From: Octopus vulgaris
Lineage: Eukaryota
Length of the DNA: 64,000 bases
NCBI GenBank assembly: GCA_951406725.2
Contig: OX597835.1
Location: 38,316,001-38,380,000 of the forward strand
Reading direction: 5' to 3'
Shown here: positions 55,803-64,000 of the stretch, piece after piece
Layout: each line of letters starts with the position of its first letter
Numbering within the stretch: the first letter of the stretch is position 1
The notes under the pieces: model-generated
The model's input: the letters and a program-made list of their open reading frames with translations, nothing else
Databases searched by the model: none
Told to the model about the DNA's origin: nothing
Program-made: the position numbers and the translations under genes

Positions 55803-56395
55803 CAAGAGAAAGACAATGTACACGATTTATAATTTGTATATATTTTATATATAATTTGTATATTATATATAAGATAGAATATTTATGTCGTATACCGGCT
55901 TCACGTTTTGCTAATCATTACTGGGAAGTTGGTGAAAATATTGCAAGTTCGTAGTGAGTAATTAACACTATATGCAATTTATATCACTTGTTCCTTACGT
56001 ACATTTCAACATTGTGGCCATTTGCAAACTGACTGAACCACAACATTTGATCTGTGTAACATCATGCTATAAAGTGTTCCAGTGACGATGTGTTGTGATT
56101 TAGCACCGAATTGCATTTGGCGCATCCAGTCAAGAAGATACAAATAACCATACTGGTGAAACGTACGTAGGGAATAAACTACATATTTTGTTTATCCTAA
56201 TTTTGCTTACTTTTGTTCTGTATATCATAACCAGTGGCACTACTAAGTATAGTAGTAACAAATACATTATACCGGAAGCAGATTAAATCGACACAGAATC
56301 AACAATAACAGTCGTGCATCTGTATTAATAAGATATGCAATACATAAATACACACATAATACATACATACATACATACATACATACATACATACA

Positions 56396-56429
<34 letters not shown>

Positions 56430-56809
56430 CGTACATACATACATACATATATACATACATATTTACATACATATGTACACACACATATACATGGATTGAT
56501 AATAGATTTATAATTAAAAAATTTTGTGAAACTGTGTATGAATGTATACATGTACTTATGTATATATGTATGTATGTAGGTTTGTATGTATGTATGCATA
56601 TATGTATGTATTAATGTATGTATGTACGTATATAGTTATGTAGGTTGGTTGGTAGATTGGCAGGTAGGTAGGTATAAATGCATGTATGTATGTATGTATG
56701 TATGTATGTATGTATGTATGTATGTATGTATGTATGTACGCATCTATGCTTGTCTGTACGTTTCTATGTGTCTACCTATGCATGTATACATGTATGTATG
56801 TATGTATGT

Positions 56810-57005
56810 ATGTATGCTTGTATGCATATATCTATGCAGGTATGTATGCATGTTTGCATGTATGTATGTTTTGTATGTATATGTGAATGCTCATATGCAT
56901 TATGTGTGTATGCTTGTATGTATATATCTATGCAGGTATGTATGCATGTTTGCATGTATGTATGTTTTGTATGTATATGTGCATGCTCGTATGCACTATG
57001 TGTGC
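56810..57005. repeat. ~92-96 bp tandem duplication inside a (TATG)n region
   Basis: gtatgcttgtatg..atctatgcaggtatgtatgcatgtttgcatg..atgctc repeated twice. Confidence 0.85.
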
Positions 57006-57194
57006 ATGCATGTATGTATTGCCGACACCGAGATCGAAGCCTTTAAAATCTGCAGCGTTAATATTCCGATGTTGATCAGGCTTCTCGCAGCCAAATTAAT
57101 TTACCGACAAATGGAAAATAAAATTTCCCATTCTGTCAATATAATAGAACAGAAACTGTCTTATCTATTTCTCCGTATTGTGTCTTTTGATTAT

Positions 57195-58370
57195 ATTTTA
57201 TCTTTCACTTGTTAGTCATTAGACTGCGGCCATACTGGTGCACTGCGTTGAAGATTTTTAGTCAAACAAACCGAATTCTGTACATAATTTTATTATCAAA
57301 TCTCATACTTATTCTATCCTTTCTTTGTCTAACTGCTAAACAAACCGACACCGGTTATCAAGCCGTGGTAGTCGGGTGACAAACAAAGACACACACTCAC
57401 ATACGTAGTCTGATCAATAAGTATCCGGACTGTTGCCATGGTAACGAAGTTAAAGCATGCAGTGTATATTCCGCTTGGCACAGTTTCACCTTGAACTCTG
57501 TTGTACACGCGCACTAAGTTTTGGCGTTCTAGCTCACTTCTGCTATTTACAGCAGTACTTGGAAGGAAGGTGTGTAGAGTGTGGTTGTCACATTGACCAT
57601 AACAGAGAAAGTTGAACAGAGAATCTGCATCAAATTTTGCCAAAAGCTTGGCGATACCTGCCCAGAGGCCTACGTAAAGTTGTCGAGAAGTTTTCATCGT
57701 TCTCGACACAATCAAGGAGATCTTGTGCAACTGAAACCCGAGTGTCTTTTCGGTCAACTGAAAGCAGTTTTGGCACAAACTTGGTAAACACGCATTTTAT
57801 ACCCAAAACTTCAGTGGTAATGGACTGAACAGAACCGTAACTAATCTGCACGTCCTGACTAATCTGCACATGGTGATTCGGCGATTTCCTTTGTATGCTA
57901 TGTTTTTCTCAGTTTTGTTGGTTGCAGGTCTCCCAGAACGTTTGTCAATATCGACATTTTTCGGCCAGCTTGGAAACGTCTGAACTACTCGTACACTTGT
58001 GTGCGGCTTATAGACTCCTCTCCATACACTTTCTGCAATTTTGCGATGCAACGATCACACACTACACACCTTCCTTCCAAGCACTGCTGTAAACAGCGAA
58101 AGTGATCTAGAACATTAAAACGTAGTGCGCATGCACAGCAGAGTTCACGGTCAACCTGTGCTAACCGGCTTCACTCTGTGTGCTTTAGTCATGATACTTA
58201 TTGATCAGACCCCGTACGATGGGTTTCTAGTTTCCGTCTACCAAATACATTCACAAACCTTTGGTCGGCATGACACTACAGTAGACAGCAATTATCCAAA
58301 TTTCCAAGCAGAGGGTTCGAACCCGAAAACACTCGGTTTCAAAGGTAGCTTCTGAATCACACATCCATGC
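57195..58370 (-). mobile_element. Old SINE family A copy split by the mariner insertion
   Basis: 3' half at 57195-57403; head at 58215-58370. Confidence 0.75.
57404..58214. mobile_element. Mariner derivative made of two inverted 5' ends, TA-flanked
   Basis: TIRs cgtagtctgatcaataagtatc / gatacttattgatcagaccccg; plus arm EQRICIKFCQKLG; minus arm VYGEECISRTQVYEWF..RSGRP..KFVPKLLS. Confidence 0.88.
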
Positions 58371-58389
58371 ATTGTTTGGGCTTTGTGAC

Positions 58390-58775
58390 GCGAGCATGGG
58401 TGCGTGGTAAGAAGTTTGCTTCCCAACATTATGGTTCGAGGTTCAATCACACAGCGTGGCACCTTGGCTGAGTGTCTTTCCTCTACTACAGCCTCAAAAC
58501 AATGTGAGTGGATTTGGTAGGCGGAAACTAAAAGAAGCCCGAAGCAAATATTTACGTATATACCTATGTATGTGTCTTTGTATTTTGTTTGCTTACCATA
58601 CTACTGATTGACAAAATATGTACCATCGTTACTTAGTAGTTCGGTAGAAGAGACCGATAGAATAAGTGACAGGCTATAAGAAATGTACTGGGGTCAGTTC
58701 GTTCGACTAGACATTCCTCAAGGCTGTGCTGCAGCATGGCCGTAGTCTAATGACTGAAAACAAGTAAAAGATAAA
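58390..58775 (+). mobile_element. SINE family A, diverged
   Basis: gtggtaagaagtttgcttccc..ggttcaatc..ggcaccttggc..gcagcatggccg. Confidence 0.8.
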
Positions 58776-59064
58776 GAATGAAACTACCAATACTGAACAT
58801 TCCAAGTCTACACACTTGCCAGAAGAGCCGCGTGGCGAGATCGATCTCAGAGCCACGTAGTCGTGTGACAAAGTTCATAAGCGTATGACCAAGCCCACTT
58901 CAAGGTCTGTGTATATTAACTACCTCCTACTTTGGCTTATAGTGACAATGATGAGAAATTGACAAACATGGTTGGTCTTGTTATTGTTGCTGTTGTTGTT
59001 TGTTTGTTTGTTGAGCGAACGGTCTTCGTCCCAGAGCTCGCAAGATCGCGCCTCAGGATTGTCT

Positions 59065-59396
59065 GTAGTGGGAGAAGTCTGAAACGTGGTCCTTTGCTAT
59101 TCGTAAGACCCACAGGAGAGAAAGCATGTCATCTCCCGACACCGAGAGCATTGACGGATGGATGAATGTGCATCCAGGCTCAGCGGTTGCGTAGGAAGTC
59201 GGGGACAAGAAACAGGAAGGAAGAGAGTGAGAGAAAATTGGGGCGAAAGAGTAATGCAGGGGTCGCCACCACCCCCTGCTTGAGCCACGTGGAGCTTTAG
59301 GTGTTTTCGCTCAATAAACGCCCGGTCTGGGAATCGAAACCGCAATCCTCCGACCGCGAGTCCGCTGCCCTAACCATTGGGCGATTGCGCCTCCAC
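59065..59396 (-). mobile_element. SINE family D (tRNA-derived head)
   Basis: Minus ggaggcgcaatcgcccaatggttagggcagcggactcgcggtcggaggattgcggtttcgattccc has A/B-box-like motifs; body is not tRNA-like. Confidence 0.7.
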
Positions 59397-60157
59397 TTGC
59401 TGTTGTTGTTGCTGTTGTGACGGCTGTGACGGTGGTGGTGGTTGTGGTGGTGGTGATGGTGTTTATTGCTAAGTCCAGTCAACCCTGATTGCGCAGCCTT
59501 ATGACCTGACCCGTTCCAGCCTCAACCATCCCATATTTTGGTGGTTATTTAGAACAACACATCCCTATGAGTCCCCTTCATTTTCAACGTACCTTTCCTA
59601 TACGACATTGTTTTTTTAAAACAACAATGCTGTGTCATTCCAAAGATATTTGACTGTTATTTCCTGCAAACCGAACAACCAGATAGGACTTGCCGTGTAG
59701 AAGCTCGTACGTATTTCCTGTGATTTCCGAGTCGATGTTTTTGATCAAAGAATAACACAAACAGGGAACCGGCCAGGAGGTTTACAGCACGCAGTCTTGC
59801 GGCACTAAATGCCAATAATAATATTTCTGTTAGCGTATTCTAAGATCTTTCCATTGATATGGCATTTAAAGAACGCCTCACCAGCACAAAACTTCAGGTA
59901 GTAAAATTTAGCAATAATAATTAGTGACATAAACACACAAACAAACGCCGATATATGCATAAGCATACGACGCGCAGTCGCACATATGCACAGCTTTTCC
60001 TCCATTTTTATCAAATCTCGCATCTAAGATAAATCTTCTTTTTATCTCCTTCCTTTTATCTGTAAACATTCTTTACTCTTCGAGCTTTTGCTTGCTTTTC
60101 TTACTGCCACTCTCTACATCTTCGTACTTGCGTATATCTACATGTGTATGTATATAT

Positions 60158-60205
<48 letters not shown>

Positions 60206-60309
60206 ATATATACATATATACATAAACAACTAAGGTGGTATGTATATGGATTAACACATAGATGCACATGCGCGTGTGTTTGCATGTCTAAGTGAATTCA
60301 TCTACCTAT

Positions 60310-60568
60310 CTGTCTACACACACGCGCACACACACATATATATACACGCATACACACTCACATGAAAACATCTATTCATTTAATCTTATATATGTGTATA
60401 CATACAGATTTATATATACATGCACACACACACACATATATATACATACATTCATATATACATACATATATACATATACATATGCATACATATAATAGAT
60501 ACATATACATATAAATATACATATATACATATATACATATACATACATGCGTATATATACATACATAT

Positions 60569-60600
<32 letters not shown>

Positions 60601-60618
60601 ATACATGCATACATATAC

Positions 60619-60669
<51 letters not shown>

Positions 60670-60798
60670 CATATACATACATATATACATATATGCATAT
60701 ACATATACATACATATACATAGATATATATACATATAAATATACATATATACATATATACATATACATACATACGTATATATACATCCATATACACAG

Positions 60799-60841
<43 letters not shown>

Positions 60842-60880
60842 CATACATACATACATATACACATACATACATATACACAT

Positions 60881-60915
<35 letters not shown>

Positions 60916-60925
60916 CACATACTGT
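60310..60925. repeat. (TA)/(CA)/(TACA) low-complexity tract
   Basis: Direct reading. Confidence 0.92.
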
Positions 60926-61509
60926 GTGTGTGTGTATGTCTTTGTGTGTATGCCCCATGTGACTGCTGCTCCTCTCCCCATTCACATTTATTCTAACCTC
61001 ATAACCGCCCTCCCGCACACACCTCCCCTTATTTCCGTCTCTTCTCATTACAGCAGAGGTGCATGTTCTCCGTATAAGCATGTTTGTATCATGCATGTGC
61101 ATATGTATACGATGCATGTGTATATATGCATGTGTTAGGGCGTATGCCGTTCACACACAAAGGCACACGCACACGTGTAAGCGATTTTCTATGTAATTAT
61201 GTGCAAACCTATGAAATTATGCGCAAACCTGTATGTGTATATGTGTGTGTGTGTATGGGAATATGTGTGTGTGTGTGTATATATGTGTATATATATGTGT
61301 ATATATATATGTGTGTGTGTGTGTGAAGCAAAGAGAGAAAGGTTAGGGTATGAAATCGTTAGGGGTTGGGGTTAAGAAGCAGTTGGAGGGTGGGTGGGTG
61401 GGTGGGTGGTTGTGTAGGTGGGGGGACCTGTTTAATTAAAGCTTTATTTGCGGAAATTTCGGTTTTTAAAAATCTCGACAATCAATTAACATCGCAATAA
61501 TAGGGAGAC

Positions 61510-62104
61510 TTGTAGCAGCAGCAACAACAACAACAACAACAAAATGAACAACAAGAACAACAACAACAAAATGAACAACAAGAACAACAACAACATCAAC
61601 AGCAACTTCGGTAACAGAAGCAGTAGTAGCAGCAGCAGGCGCAGCAGCAGGCGCAGCAGCAGCAGGCGCAGCAGCAGCAGGCGCAGCAGCAGTAGTAGCA
61701 AGGACGGTGGGGCGCGCAGTGGTAACGACAACAGCAAATACAATAAGAGCGTTGAACAATAAAGGCGACAAATGGAATGATGTAGGATGATGGTTACAAC
61801 TAAAAGAACAATAACAGCAAAGCTTGGGAATGTTGCAACAACAAAGATTAAAATCATCATCATCATCATCATCATCATCGCCATCATCGTCATCATCATC
61901 ATCATCATCATCATCATCGTCATCATCATCATCACCATCATCATCATCATGTTCACCACCACCACAATCCTCCTCCTCATCATAATCATCATCATGTTCA
62001 CCACCACCATCCTCCCCCTCCTCCTCCTCCTCATCATCATCATCATGTTCACCACCACCACCATCCTCCTCCTCCTCCTCCTCCTCATCATCATCATCAT
62101 GTTC

Positions 62105-62138
<34 letters not shown>

Positions 62139-62200
62139 TCCGCAGCGACAAGACCAGTAGCAGCAGCAGCAACAGCAGCAACAGTAGTAGTAGTAGCAGG
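61510..62200. repeat. Trinucleotide mosaic (CAA, CAG, CAT, CAC, CCT) with higher-order repeats
   Basis: (ggcgcagcagca)x4 and (catcatcatgttcaccaccacc..tcctcctc)x4. Confidence 0.9.
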
Positions 62201-62925
62201 AAAATAGAAAGAACGGCGGCGACAGCGATGGTGGCGTTTACAATGAATGCCAACGACAGCAAGGAAACAACTATTATAAGTTTCAAGAAAAAATATGTAA
62301 CAGGTAAAAGGTAGTAGAGAGAGAGAAAGAAAGAAAGAGAGTAGGAGAGGGAAGGAGAGGGAGAGTGTGAGAAAAGAGAAATAGAGAAGGAAACTGGGAA
62401 AACTGAAAGGGTAGGAGACCCAGGAAGAATGAGCGGGAGATGAAATAGGCGGTGTCTATGCATGTGTGTGTATGTGTATGTCTGTGTGAGTATATATACT
62501 GCTGAACTGCGTCGAATAAAGGGGAGAGGAGTGCTCAATGCTTGCTGTTGAGAATGAGGTTCATTATCTGGTTTCATGCCACTGCGATCTTCAGGCGAGA
62601 ACTGTTACAATTCGTTTTGTGTACAACAATAAATTTGGATTCAAGGACAACGACTGTTCAATATCTTGCCAAAACATCTGAGAGATCTACACTGAGCTTG
62701 GGCGGGGTGGGGGGTAGATGTTGTCATGAAACAACTCGATTTTCTGCATTGCAAGGTACCAGAGGAACCTTACATTACGGCAAGAAACTGAAAAGAGAGC
62801 AGCTGTATCGAACTCCTTCATCAAAAATCAAATCACAAAAGAATGACCATTTAAAACGTGATAACACCAGCGGTCCCCCAGTATGGCCACAGACTTTCGA
62901 CTGAAACGCATAAAAGAATAAAAGA

Positions 62926-63013
<88 letters not shown>

Positions 63014-63016
63014 CCA

Positions 63017-63110
63017 CTACGCGCGTAGCCTAGTGCTTAAACTATTGCACTTACGTTCGCTCGAAGTGGGTTCGATATGTTCTTGAGAAAAACACTTCAT
63101 TTCACGTTGC
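63017..63110 (-). mobile_element. Degenerate SINE family C-like head (orientation plus by motif order uncertain)
   Basis: tagcctagtgcttaa..gggttcgat..gttcttgagaaaaacacttcatttcacgttgc. Confidence 0.45.
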
Positions 63111-63267
63111 AAATGTCCCTTTTCGATCAAGTGGGGGGGGATGTTGGCCTGCTCGCCTAGCCAGTGGAGTGGCATCATTCGATGGCTAAAACGATGCAAA
63201 GCGCATGGTGACTAGCGATGTGTTACAACATCTGATAATCTGGTCTGTCACATGGTCAGGTGATATA

Positions 63268-63670
63268 TGTGGCTGTGTGGTAAGTAGGTTGCTTACAAAC
63301 CACAAGGTTCCGGGTTCAGTCCCACTGCGTGACACTTTGGGCAAGTGTTTTCTACTATAGCGTCGGGCAGACCAAAGCCTTGTGAGTGGATTTGGTACAC
63401 GAAAACTGAAAGAAGCCCGTTGGATATGTATATATATATTCATGTATTGTGTGAGTATATGTTTGTGTTTCTGTGTTTGTCTCCCCAACATCGCTTGACA
63501 ACAGATACTAGTGTGTTTACGTCCTCGTAACTTAGCGGTTCGGCAAAAGGGACCGATAGAATAAGTACTAGGCTTACAAAGAATAAGTTCTGGAGTCGAT
63601 TTGCTTGACTCAAGGCGGTGCTCCAGCATGGCTACAGTCAAATGACTGAAACAAGTAAAAGTAAAAGATA
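63268..63670 (+). mobile_element. SINE family A, full length
   Basis: gtggctgtgtggtaagtagg..gggttcagtccc..atgactgaaacaagtaaaa. Confidence 0.92.
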
Positions 63671-64000
63671 TATATATATATATATATAATAATAACAATA
63701 ATAATAATAATAATAATAATGATAATAATAATAATATTAGGGAGTATATCCAAACTTACAGGGAAAAATTAGATTTAGGATAAATCAAATTTCACAGTAT
63801 AAATATAAATTAAATTAGAGATAAAACCACTATTAGGCAAATCAAACAGTGATAGACATAAAAAACAAAATAAATATAATTAATATGATATATAATATAT
63901 ATATAAAATATTGAATTTAAAATTTAAATTATTAAAATTTATATATTTTTAAATTTTTAAATTTTTAAACTTAAAATCTTTTTTTTATGTAACTAACCAA

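Noticed and set aside
61486-62577. 363 aa ORF, longest in the window
   Set aside because: Homopolymer runs from trinucleotide repeats and (TC)n; no recognisable domain
62565-62600. Minus-strand CTGAAGA..GAAA hammerhead-like string
   Set aside because: Stems I and II do not pair; likely chance

Overview
Repeat-saturated, AT-rich animal genomic DNA (intergenic or intronic). The SINE families look like those of octopus/cephalopods; this is recognition from memory, not a database result. No host protein-coding gene can be supported, and almost every ORF in the track is a translation of microsatellites or SINEs. The window holds: at least four tRNA-derived SINE families; two Tc1, two mariner, one piggyBac and one hAT relic; non-autonomous Helitrons plus a decayed Helitron helicase; CR1-group, RTE and Tx1/L1 LINE fragments; and a probable LTR with polypurine tract. 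The most notable signals are: (1) a dispersed set of minimal type I hammerhead ribozyme motifs of the Penelope-like-element kind, several with intact cores, often in inverted repeats and abutting (TA)n tracts; (2) a Tx1-clade LINE embedded in (GATA)n with an apparent very long (~150+ bp) flank duplication; (3) a SINE inserted as head+(body)n concatemers with the same junction and single TSDs; (4) a Helitron-associated module with a conserved hairpin and built-in (GGT)n tract; (5) a mariner derivative made of two inverted 5' ends. Coordinates were read by eye and may be off by a few bases.
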